Shown here in pieces: positions 37,900-48,640 of a stretch of 64,000 nt of DNA. The notes under the pieces were generated by a model. That model did not search any database, was not told the DNA's origin, and worked only from the letters and a program-made list of their open reading frames with translations. Numbering within the stretch: the stretch's first letter is position 1; the number at the start of each line of letters is the position of its first letter. This stretch comes from Chiloscyllium plagiosum. Its lineage: Eukaryota. The stretch spans positions 5,721,055-5,785,054 of the forward strand of contig NC_057752.1 in assembly GCF_004010195.1 (NCBI RefSeq). Reading direction: 5' to 3'. The position numbers and the translations under genes are program-made.

Positions 37900-38121
37900 A
37901 CATGATGTGGCATGATTTGGAGATGCCGGTGTTGGACTGCGGGTGTACAAAGTTAAAAATCACACAACACCAGGTTATAATCCAACTGGTTTATTTGGAA
38001 GCACTCGCTTTCGGAGTGACGCTCCTTCATCACAACCACCTGATGAAGGAGCGACGCTCCGAAAGCTAGTGCTTCCAATTAAATCTGTTGGACTATAACC
38101 TGGTGTTGTGTGATTTTTAAC
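37900..38121. mobile_element. Palindromic Penelope-derived element (second family)
   Basis: About 80-nt inverted arms spanning 37952-38121 around a short spacer. Confidence 0.75.
38037..38071 (+). ncRNA. Minimal type-I hammerhead ribozyme motif
   Basis: CAC-CTGATGA-A-GGAGC-GAC-GCTCC-GAA-AGCT-A-GTG: perfect stems I and II, palindromic stem III, CUA triplet. Activity untested. Confidence 0.7.
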
Positions 38122-40979
38122 AATGAAGTGACATAAAATTCCTAGTCGCTTTTGCAAGTGTTCAAAATAGATTCCTTGAGCATTAGGAAATGATTTTGCT
38201 GAAGTAATCTGTTTATTTAGAGAAACGCAGTATTTAAAACGCACTCTGCATGAATTTGTGTGTGTATACAATAGACAATTCAGATCCTGAACTAGTCCCA
38301 GAAAAGATTTGTGTTCTACCTAATGACCTTTGTGAACACAACATGTCCGCCGCCAAGTGATAGATGAACCAATTGGAGTCTAATTATAATTTTTCTGACT
38401 CTTTGGCCATTGTTATGCACTCTCGGTGGTGAAGTTTCACATCACCCTGAAGGACATTCAGATATAACCCATACACGTGACAGTGCTAAAAAGCCCAAGG
38501 CACACATTTAAAATCCTTCAATAATTGGCAATGAGCACTGTTTCCCCATTTCGCTATCACTTGGCAGAAAGACCTCGGTAATGTCTTTGTCTATGGGGCG
38601 CTCCTGCGGTATAGTCCCTGGGAAAGTCCAATTCGCTTTCAGCCAGAACGTCCTTGGTGTGCAGCGCTCTGTTTATTGATGGCCCGCCCATTGTAGAGTG
38701 CGATTTAGAGATGGCATCTGATGCTATTTCCTGTACAAAGCGCTGCCGTATGCACATATAGTTTATTACTAAACATAAGGTATGATTTTGTGCTGCTGGA
38801 GAGTGATTTGGCTGCTGAGGAGTGGTCTCAAAGGGATACCTCGTCACATTCACAATCTGAATATGAATGCACAATTAGCTAATACCTTCCCGCTGATAGA
38901 ATATAATAAAGAATGATATCATATATAACACAATGTAATGGAAACTGCTGTAGTTTAATATACAATCTCATACAATATCCAGACAGCACACCCGTTGTCT
39001 TTCCAAGTGCTGCTGTAAATTCAAGGGCCGTCACCTCAGTAATCCCTTTAATGTTACGTGAGGTGGTTCTTGTCTTTCCTGTTAACAACAAATCTTGTAA
39101 ACTGCGCTTCGTATAACACGCTTTACGCTAAGGCAGTGTTACCTTGTCACCTGATACCTTGCTCCCTCCATGAGCCTGTCCCCACTGGGTACGATGGCTG
39201 TAGTTTCTTCGGCAGGTGGTCAACGTGATCTGCTCGAATACAATGGAGGGTCCCCTGTCACTTCACTAACATAACTCCGCATCTCCATTGATCTGGAGGA
39301 AAATAATAGTATTGGGCAGGCAATTGATGGATTGACAGTTCTCCTCGTTCTCTGCATGGGATTCAATTTGAATAAATTCGTCGACAAGTTTCAAAAAGGA
39401 TTAATAGCGCCAATAAAGCCAAGATTGAAGAATTATTGCCGAGTTCTGGCAGGCGGCTATATGTTGCATTATTATTGTAAAGAAGCACCCGTTCTGACGT
39501 GGTGCCTAGTGAGATGTGAGGGACAGATTTGCAGTTCGTGAACTGTTCCGAAGTTGCGCAGCGGCGTTGTTTGCGGATTTCTTTTGGGACGTGACTATCG
39601 CTGGCTGGGCCAGGATGAATTGCCCATCCTTCATTGCCCTTGAGAAAGTGGCGGTGAACTGCCTTGGTCAATCCGACTGAGCGCCTCTTTCGGAAGGCAA
39701 GTGAGGTTCAACCACGCAGCTGTGGGTCTGGAGTCACATGGAGGCCAGACTAGATGAGGATAGCAGATTTCCGTACCGAAGGGGCATCAGTGAACTAGAT
39801 GAGTTTTCAGTTACACCAATTCCTTAGTTTTATGGTCACCATTGCTAATATAAAAGTCGTTCCAAAGTTGTTAAATCTCAATTGAGTTTAAATTTCTGAG
39901 ATCTTTGATTTTGAAAGTTGAACACATGTCTCTGAATCATTAGTCCAGGCTTCTGGCTTAGTAGTCCGGTGACATAACCACTATTACTTTACCCCGAATT
40001 GATGGGTGCTGCTAGCTCAGTCGCAATTCTCATCTTTATGGACTATTGCATACAATTGTAATCGCTTTGGACTTCTTGTAGCATAGTATGGTAATAGTGT
40101 CCCTACCTCAGAGTCAGAACACACGGACACAAGACCCTCCAGAGGTGTATTCTAGCACGCCTGAGCAGCTTGATTAAAAACATTTAAATCTGAAATAAGA
40201 CTGCTCCCAGACCTATGGATAATACATGTGCTGATGGCAGCCCAGCGTTGTCCTCTGTCAAGCTACTGAGTAGCCCTTGTTCACAGCCTACTGGAGGACT
40301 GTGACCCATCATGCTGTGTTCAGGGTTAGATGGGGATAAGGAATTTCAGAGGGGAAAAGGGCCCGGATTTTGGGAACATTGATCACTTTCCTCTAAATTG
40401 CTCAAGTTATTTCTCAGTCCTTCTCTCTATTTATCATCGGAATCTGAAATGGGTTGGCGCAATCATGCACATGAACCGATTTACTGTTCAATTCCTTTGT
40501 CAGATGTCAGCTCCTCAAAGATCCGGGTTCAAACTCGCTTCCCCAAAAAAGCCCTCAGACATGAGCGCATCGTGGGCGCTAAAGCCTCGTGGACTGACGG
40601 TGGGATTTATTGGAGCGAGATTCTCTTCATAAAACAGGGGGGAAAGTAAACTGAGGAACGGAAGAAAACAGGCTTTTGAAATACAGTCAAGACAAATGAA
40701 GAAAGGGGACTGGGAGATATATAAGACGTCAATTGATGTATCGGTCTCGATATGCGCATTCCATAGTGAAGATATATTACGTGATGGATGTTAAACATGT
40801 TGCTTGGGTGTTGAATGGTTACTGGTCTCAGTCTTGTGTATCATTCCGAAACTGGATGCTCGAAATGACGGCCCTTCACCTGCTTCTCAAGCGGCACTGG
40901 AAGTGGGACAGGCGCCGTATTACCCTGGGAGGGGAGGGGGTGTCATTGTGGGAGCTGTGGTTTTATTCCTAATGCCCAT

Positions 40980-41208
40980 TTGAGGAGTCGGGATTCTCCT
41001 TCCTTCAGTCCCAGCCAGTCGGACACACACAAGTCAAAAGAGAGAGAGAGAGAGAGAGAGAGAAGCGAAATGAAACCCCCTCCCTCCCCCTCCCCTCTCC
41101 CAGTCCTTGCGGGAGATGGAAATCCGCGGGTGAACTGAGCGGAACAGGAGAGGGAGGGAGGGAAGGAAGGGGTTCCAGTGCCTCTCTCTGAGCTGGACAG
41201 ACACCGAG
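40980..41208 (+). promoter_or_regulatory. Wnt6 proximal promoter / 5' UTR region with (AG)n
   Basis: GC-rich sequence directly upstream of the Wnt6 ATG, with an (AG)n tract at 41039-41062. TSS not determined. Confidence 0.5.
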
Positions 41209-41285
41209 ATGTGGCCTTTCGCTGCAGCTCAGCTCCGAGTTTTCTTCTGTCTTCTGTACCCCGCTAACATCATCAGCCTGTGGTG
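41209..41285 (+). CDS. wnt6: Wnt6 coding exon 1 (signal peptide, 77 bp)
   Basis: Not in the ORF track. ATG at 41209 gives MWPFAAAQLRVFFCLLYPANIISLW, then TG and a strong GTGAGT donor. The phase-2 join to exon 2 gives LWWAVGSPLVMDP, the typical Wnt6 N-terminus. Confidence 0.93.
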
Positions 41286-41404
41286 GTGAGTCGGGTCGGG
41301 TCTCGGGCTCCCGAGGATACTTGTCGGACAAGGCGTTGTTCGGGCTGGTGGTGGTGTGGGGGGGGCTTGAGGGGACTTGTAACCGAGGAGGCAGTGGTGT
41401 TTTC

Positions 41405-41845
41405 AGAAGGCAGAGACGGAAAGCAGGAGAGAGCGAGGGGAGAGAGAAGAGAGTGAGTCAGGGACAGGAGGGAGAGGAGCAGATGAGAAACAGGGCGAGA
41501 AGAAAGAGGGAGAGGAGAGAGCGAGGAGGGGGAAAGAGTACAGTGGGGAGCGGAGAAAGNNGGGAGAGAGTGTGTGGGGAGAGAGAAGAGCGGAGATAGT
41601 GATTAAGAAGACGGTGTGATAGAGTAAATGTGAAGAAAGGATGATAGAGGGAGTGAGGAGAGAATATGATAGAGGGAATGAGAAGGGGCGGTCATAGAAG
41701 GAGTATTGAGAGAGGATAATAGAGAAAGTGAGGAGGGAGGATGATGGAGAAAGTGAGGAGAGAATATAACAGAGAGATTGAGGAGGGAGAGATAGAGGGA
41801 GTGAGGAGAGAGTGCATTAGAGAGTGGAGCAGAAGCAAGATGAAC
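41405..41845. repeat. Purine-rich (GA) low-complexity tract containing an NN ambiguity at 41560-41561
   Basis: Directly visible in the sequence. Confidence 0.9.
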
Positions 41846-42167
41846 TGTGAGGGTGCAGGGGCTCCATTGTGTTGACAGCCTTTGCTTACTCTCATTTGCA
41901 AACAGCACCTGTATCTGGGAAATCCCCAGATAGTTGCTCTTTCCCTGGCTCAGGGCCCGCTGTTTCGAAGCGAACGAGCGCACAAATAGCAGAACCGCTT
42001 CATCAGTCGGATTCCTAACTCCTCGCCGTTTATTCATCACGCTCTGTGTACTTGGGAGATAAGGCTTCCCCGTCTCATTCCTGTACAAATTGCCTCGGAG
42101 TTCAATCAGTTGCGTTTTCTTGTACACTTCAACCGCGGTTGTGGCACAACCCCTCTGAAAACTCAAC

Positions 42168-43860
42168 GGGTGTATGTGTGCCTGAGAACATGAATGAGTG
42201 TGTGTGAGAGAGAGACTATATCCGAGTGTATGCGTGTAAGAGAGTGTCTCCATGTGTGTGTGAGAGAGAGAGAGAGAGAGTGTTTCCGAGAGTATGTTTG
42301 TGTGAGAATGTGTGAACGTGTGGGCCTCCGACAGTGTGCTTGTGTGAGAGTGTGTCTCCGAGTCTGTCTGTGTTTCTCTAAGTGTGTGTTTATGTGAAAA
42401 TGTGAGTGTGTGGGAGAGTATGCCTGACTGTGAGAGTGTATCTCTGAATGTGCGTTTGTGTGAGAATGCGAGTATGTCTGTTTTTGAACGTGTGAGGATG
42501 TGCATGAGTGTACAAGGGAGTATATCTGCACATTAGCGAGATTGTGAGAATCTGAGTGCGTGTGTGAGAATCTGTGTGTGAGATTGTGTAGAAGTGTGTG
42601 TGTGTCAATGTGTAAGTTTGAGTGTGGTAGAGTGTAACAATGTGTGTCAGTATGTGCCTGTGAGAGTTTATGGGAGTATGTGAATGAGTGTGAGTGAAGT
42701 CAGTGGGTTTGTCTCTGTGAGTGAGAGTGTGTATCTGTGTGTGCGAGAGTGTGCATGAGTATCAGTGTTTGTCAGTATGAGAGAGGGAGAGTTAGAGTGT
42801 GGCTGGTTGTGGGTGTAGGTGTCGGTGTGTGAATATGTGCATGTAGTGTGAGTACGTCTGTGTGTGTATGTGTGTAGTAGTGACTGTATGAGTCCCACTG
42901 AGTGAATGTGTGTGTATGTGTTTCACTGGACATGTATGAGTCTGAGTGTTTATGGGAGTGTGTGAGTGTGCGTGTATGTGTCAGTGGGAGTCAGTGTGTG
43001 TGTCAGTGAGGGTGTGTCTGTATGAATGTATGTGCCATTGAGTGTGTGTATGCACGTGTGTGTCACTGTTTGGTATTGTATGTCTGTGAATGTATGTTTC
43101 TGTATAAATATATGTGTTAATATGTGTGTCAGTGAGTGTATGTCTGCACGAATGTATACATCAGTGTGTGTTTCAGTGATTGTGTTTGGGTGTGTTAGAG
43201 TGTGACTCTGTGTGTCAGTGATGACTGAGAGTTCATGGGAGTGTGCCTATGAATGAATGTGAATGAAGTCAATGGGTTTGTGTTCTGAGTGAGAGTCAGT
43301 GCATGAGTGTGTGTCAGTAAGTGTATGTGTGTTTGTGTAAGTGGGTATTTGTCAGTTTGTGTGTGTGTGTGAATGCCACTGATTGTGTGAGACTATGCGT
43401 GAGTATCGGTGTTTGTCAGTATGAGACGGAGAGTATGAGCATGAATGTATATGTTAGTGTGTGTCTGTATAAATGTATGTATCAGTGTGTGTTTGTGTAT
43501 GTGTCAGTCTGTGTCCGTCTGTATGAGTATGTGTCAGTGTGCGTGTGTCACTGTATCAGTGAGTGCATCAGTAATGTTAGTGTGTATCAATGTGAGTGTT
43601 AGTGAGTTAGAATGTTAATGTCAGTGTCAGTGTGATGTATGTGAATGTGAGTACATATGTGTGTATCAATGTGTGTGTTTGTCAGTGAATGTGTGTCAGT
43701 CTGTGTGTCAGTTTGTGTCTGTGAGTGAATGTGAACGTGTCAGTGTGTCAGTGAGCGTGTGTGTGAATGCCAGTGCGTTAGCGTGTGTTTCTGTGTGAGT
43801 GAATGTGGATTAAGGGTAAATATGTGTCAGTGAATAAGTGTGTCAGTGAAATGTGTGTGG
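42168..43860. repeat. 1.7-kb degenerate (GT)/(GA) block in Wnt6 intron 1
   Basis: Continuous gtgtgt/gagtgt/gtcagt sequence ending about 60 bp before the exon 2 acceptor. Confidence 0.95.
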
Positions 43861-43918
43861 AAGGTCTCGCTTTATTCTGAAGTAACGCTGTGCCGCTGGT
43901 TTGACCCCCGCGCTGCAG

Positions 43919-44139
43919 GGCGGTAGGAAGCCCCTTGGTCATGGATCCCAACAGCATCTGCAGGAAAGCCAAGCGGCTGGCAGGCAGGCAGGCTGAACTG
44001 TGTCAGACTCAACCGGAGATCGTCAGCGAGGTGGCGAAGGGAGCCCGCCTTGGGATCCGGGAATGCCAGCACCAGTTCCGATTCCGCAAGTGGAACTGCA
44101 CCACTCACAAGAAATACTTCAGCAAGATCCTGCAACAAG
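43919..44139 (+). CDS. wnt6: Wnt6 coding exon 2 (221 bp)
   Basis: Acceptor gctgcag and donor GTAGAG. Encodes AVGSPLVMDPNSICRKAKRLAGRQAELCQ...ECQHQFRFRKWNCTTHKKYFSKILQQ. Confidence 0.97.
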
Positions 44140-44820
44140 GTAGAGATTCTGACTCTGGCCTGTGTTAGGTTGAGGAGGATAGGAGGGGGATTCTATTCCA
44201 ACGTTATTCCAACCAACTGGAGGATCGAATGCACACCCATGTTTGCAGGAGACCCTGGGGAGTAGGGGCAAACACAGAGAGAGAAACCCAGACAGACGTG
44301 CGAGACTATAAAGCAGACAGGGACCGCCAAACCAAGACAGGAAACAAGCTTGTCCAATAGATTGTCAGGTAGCAGGGCGAGGCAACACCTGGCCAATCAA
44401 AGCAAACCGCAGAAAGAGAAGGAGCGAGGGGTGTGAATGAACTGCTTAAACAGGGGTTAGAAAACACTGGAGGTACTTTGTCTCCTCAGAAAGCAGGGTC
44501 CCTGCTTAGCCTGGATGGATATCTCATGACTGGAATTCAGCAAAGCTCCTGCACACTGTGGATCATGGCCCTCCAGTGCGCAGCCTCAAGTCCCACTGCT
44601 GTAGGATATCTATTTATTTATGTATTTATTTACGCACGATACAAATTGATTCAGGACACACAGCGCAGTCTATTCAGGTATCAAGCCACTGTCAAAGATG
44701 CGGTTTTACACACACACAGTCCTCAGACAGATTGCAGCAGGGCAGAGCTCGCTGGCCTTGGGCATTCCGTCCCCAGCTTCCCAGGATATTGCTCACTTCT
44801 GCCGTCAGTTTCGACTCCAG

Positions 44821-45043
44821 CATTTCTGGTGCATTCCTAGTGTATTCCCAATGTCACATCCGTGTAATCCCATTGTATTGCCGATGTATTCCAGTGTAAT
44901 CCCGGTGTATCCCCTCAGTGTTCTCGGTGTAATTCTGGTGCATTCCCAGTGTATTCTTAGTGTATTCCCCAATGTATTTCTGATTATTCCAGTTTCATCC
45001 TGGTGCATTCCCAATGTATTCCAAGTATGTTCGTGGTGTATTC
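44821..45043. repeat. Degenerate 11-bp minisatellite (GTATTCCCAGT-like)
   Basis: About 20 diverged units in Wnt6 intron 2. Confidence 0.75.
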
Positions 45044-46176
45044 ATGCCTCCCGCCCCCCCCCCCGCCCCATTACCGGATCCGCTCTCACTAGTTCCCCAA
45101 TCGGAATCCTTCCTTCAGTTTGGTGTTATCTGTGTGAACACGTTCACATCGTAGTCAATTTCAATAAGTAATTCACTTCCTGGATGTAAACTGTTAATTG
45201 CATTTTTAAAAACAATTTGCATTTTCCCAAACCCGGACCCAATTCTTTTTGGGTCTCTTCATTCAGTTCCCAGTTATAAACTGCTCAGGGAGGCTGTGAA
45301 GGATCAGCAAGGAAGCAAACCTGACCAGCCAATGGTGACCAACCAGGTTAACTGTCTGCTTTTGAAATTCGGTTTTGGGATGTAGCTAGCACTGGCAAGG
45401 CCAGCCTGTGTTGCCCATCCCTGAACTGTTCTTGAGACTCCACAGTCTTTTGCTGTTACAGTTTGATACAACTGAATGGCTTGCTGCGCCATTTCAGAGG
45501 GCAGTTAAGAGTCAACCACTTTGCTGTGGGTCTGGAGTCATATGCAGGCCAGACCATGGAAGGACGGCAGTTTCCTTCCCTAAAGGACATTAATGAACCA
45601 GATAAATTTTTCAGAAAACCCAGTTGCTTTATGACTATTAGTGAAACCAGCTTTTTTAAATTCCAGACTTAGGAACAGGTTGCATTTACATTCCTGGACT
45701 CCCACTGTTACCTTGTACCAACCCCAAAAGTGTGGTCTCGGGTGCACAGGTTTTCGCTTGGAGTGTGACAAGGGCAGGCAGGCAGCGAAATTGGGCAAAG
45801 TTTTGATTTTGGGCTCAGTCTGCATGTGGGCAGACAACAACCCAATGCTCAGAGCCGAAATGAATCCAGGGAGAGAGGGGTGAATGTGGGACGCACTGAT
45901 AGTGGATGACGGGGGGGGGGGGGGGGGGGGGTGATGGGAGATGGTATCAGTGCAGTTCAAAGGAGAGAAAGGAATAGGAAGTGATGGGTGAGACAAGAGG
46001 CAGCTGGAGCACAGCATTAACCTGAGTTGAATGGTCTTTTACAGTGTGAATGCATTTGATTATGGTGGCATTCATACATTGTATGTAATCCATACATTGT
46101 GTATCTGGTTAATATTGTGTGGTGGCTGTTATACAGTTGGCCACTTGCCATATACTAGCCCTCTTCTTCTCACCAG

Positions 46177-46478
46177 ATATCAGGGAGACTGCCTTCGTTT
46201 CCGCTGTCACCTCGGCTGGGGTGCTCTACACGGTGAGCCAGGCCTGCAGCATGGGCGAGCTGCTGCAGTGCGGGTGTGAGCGCACCCTGAACCGGGTGCC
46301 ACTGCCCCGCTCGCCCACTCCTGGCACCGAGGCCACAGCCTGGGAGTGGGGCGGATGCGGAGATGACGTGGAGTTCGGCTACGCCAAGTCCAAGCAGTTC
46401 ATGGATGCCGAGAGGAAGCAAGGACAGAACGACATCAAATCCTTGATTAACCTGCACAATAACGAGGCTGGGCGCTTG
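46177..46478 (+). CDS. wnt6: Wnt6 coding exon 3 (302 bp)
   Basis: Pyrimidine tract plus caccag acceptor, donor GTAGGT. Encodes (D)IRETAFV...QACSMGELLQCGC...WEWGGCGDDVEFGY...HNNEAGRL. Confidence 0.97.
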
Positions 46479-48069
46479 GTAGGTTCAAAGTGCCATCAGA
46501 ATCGGGTCTACTTTATTTCACACAAATTGCTGTGTGGGTGATTTTCTTATGAAACAAACTTTCTTAAGTATTAGTAACACTAGAGGAAGATGCTCTTGTT
46601 CTTGCTTGCCTGTAGAGTCCTGACTGCCCAAAGGCCAACTTATTCCACTGTTCAATGCACTCCTGGAACATCCAGTTACTGCTGTGTCCGAGATCAATGA
46701 ACACTGCCACTCGGCACCATTCAGTGGGAGCATGTCCAGTTCTGTGAGAGGCTCACTGACCTGAAAGGTTAATTCTGTTTCTCTCTCCACAGAGGCTACC
46801 TGACCTGCCAAATATTTCCAGCACTTTCTGGGTTTTTTTGTTTATTAAAGAGTCAGACTTGCCACAGTAGTCTGCCTTTGCAATACTGGCAATGTTTTGA
46901 ATTCTTACTTCCACACAGTTGGTTCGATTTTTTAAAAGAAAAGATTCAACTAGTTAAACATTGAAGGATAGTTTCACATCCAGATTTCATCACTGTAGGA
47001 TAGGTGCTGTTTCTTGTTGTTATGACCACTGTATGTATCCTTTTGACAAATCAGAGCCCCCCAGACAACTCCCTTTGATGGAGGGGAAAATGGGCAAGTT
47101 TTATTTTAAAAATTCACTCCCTGGCCAGGCCAGCATTTGTTGTCCATCCCTAATTGCCCTGGGTAGTGATGAGCCACCATCTTGAGCTGTTGTAGTCGTT
47201 CAGGTAGAGAGACACTCACAGTGTTGTTTGGGAGTGAGTTCCAGGACTTTGAGCAATAACAATGAAGGAACAGCAACATAGTCTCAATTTCTTGTCCTAG
47301 TTTGTATGTTCATTTGTCGGTTTGAAAGTCAGGGTGGTATGTAGCTAAGAGGAGATGGTGCTTTCATTGGAACTTGGATATGTCTTGCTCTTTGTTTTTC
47401 ATGGGACTTCAGAGAACTTAAGGAAACCATTCTCTCCGTCATATCTATACTGGCTCTCTGCTAGCCCAAACCAAACCAAATCCCCTGTTCTCTCCTTCTC
47501 TGATTTTCACCTGACAATCTATGCCTTAACTAGTCTCTAGAGCAAAGTATTTGAAGGTCTAGCTCTGGGAGAAGCAGAAATTTATGACCTCAATCCTGCA
47601 GTTAACAACCCTAATTTAATTGGCCTCTCCTCAATAAGGTGCAATTGTCTCTCTTTCGGAGCTTGATCAAACCTCCCTCCAAAATTTAAGATGAAACTGC
47701 TTCCCAACCACTCTTCTCTCTCCTCAAGACTTCCTCACCTGATGAAATTACCTTTGTTTCACGCCAATCCCAGCTTGCCTACAGTCCTAACCTGTTTGCT
47801 TTGACATGAAGCATGCAGCTTCTACACATTGTGGATGACAATTCTGTACAGATGTTCTATTACTAACCAGAAATAGAAATTCATATGGAGCTGTGTTTTT
47901 TGGTTGCATAACAAATATGGATTTTGCAGAAATCAGTCAATATTATCATGAGTATCACAATTGGTAACTTTGATGCTGTGGGCTGATTAAACTGAACAAA
48001 AGAGGGAATTGATTGCATTGAAGTAATTTCCTGCCATGCACTAAATAACAGGTGAGGTACTAAGCACTA

Positions 48070-48640
48070 GAGTCATAGAGTCAGCGAGATGTACAGCATG
48101 GAAACAGACCCATCGGTCCAACTTGTCCATGCTGACCAGATATCCTAACCTAATCTAGTCTCATTTGCCAGCATTTGGCCCATATCCCTCTAAACCCTTC
48201 CTATTTATATACCTATCCAGATGCCTTTTAAATGCTGTAATTATACCAGCCTCCACCACTTCCTCTGGCAACTCATTCCATACACGCACCACCCTCTGTG
48301 TGAAAAAGTTGTCCCTGAGGTCTATTTTATATCTTTCCCCTCTCACCTTAAACCTATGCCCTCTAGCTCTGGACTCCCCCACCCCAGGGAAAAGACTTTA
48401 TCATGCCCTTCATGATTTTATAAACCTCATTAAGGTCACTCCTCAGCCTCTGACGCTTCAGGGAAAACAGCCCTAGCTTGTTGAACCTCTCCCTATAGCT
48501 CAAATCCTCAAACCCTGGAAACATCCTTGTAAATCTTTTCTGAACCCTTTCAAGTTTTACAACATATTTCCGATAGGAAGGACACCAGACTTGCATGCAA
48601 TATTCCAAAAATGGCCTAACCAATGTCCTGTACAGCTGCA
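48070..48640 (-). mobile_element. CR1 LINE 3' end
   Basis: LYRTLVRPFLEYC..KLERVQKRFTRM and FFTQRVVRVWNELP. Same family as the 28163-28660 and 61410-62075 copies. Confidence 0.93.

Noticed and set aside
38886..38971. Phase-2 mini-exon MRLYIKLQQFPLHCVIYDIILYYILSAG(R) as Wnt1 exon 1
   Set aside because: Weak donor (GTATTA), AT-rich unlike the other exons, and lacks the conserved WW. Likely chance, though not excluded without RNA data.
41560..41561. NN as a scaffold join that might fake the Wnt1-Wnt6 linkage
   Set aside because: Wnt6 exon 1 lies on the Wnt1 side of the Ns and splices in phase to exon 2 on the other side.
41950..42010. CTGATGA...GAAAC on the minus strand resembling a hammerhead
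   Set aside because: Extra bases before GAAA, no valid stem III/UH or stem I, and no Penelope context.
41603..43602. ORFs of up to 300 aa over the GA and GT blocks
   Set aside because: Low-complexity artefacts inside Wnt6 intron 1.
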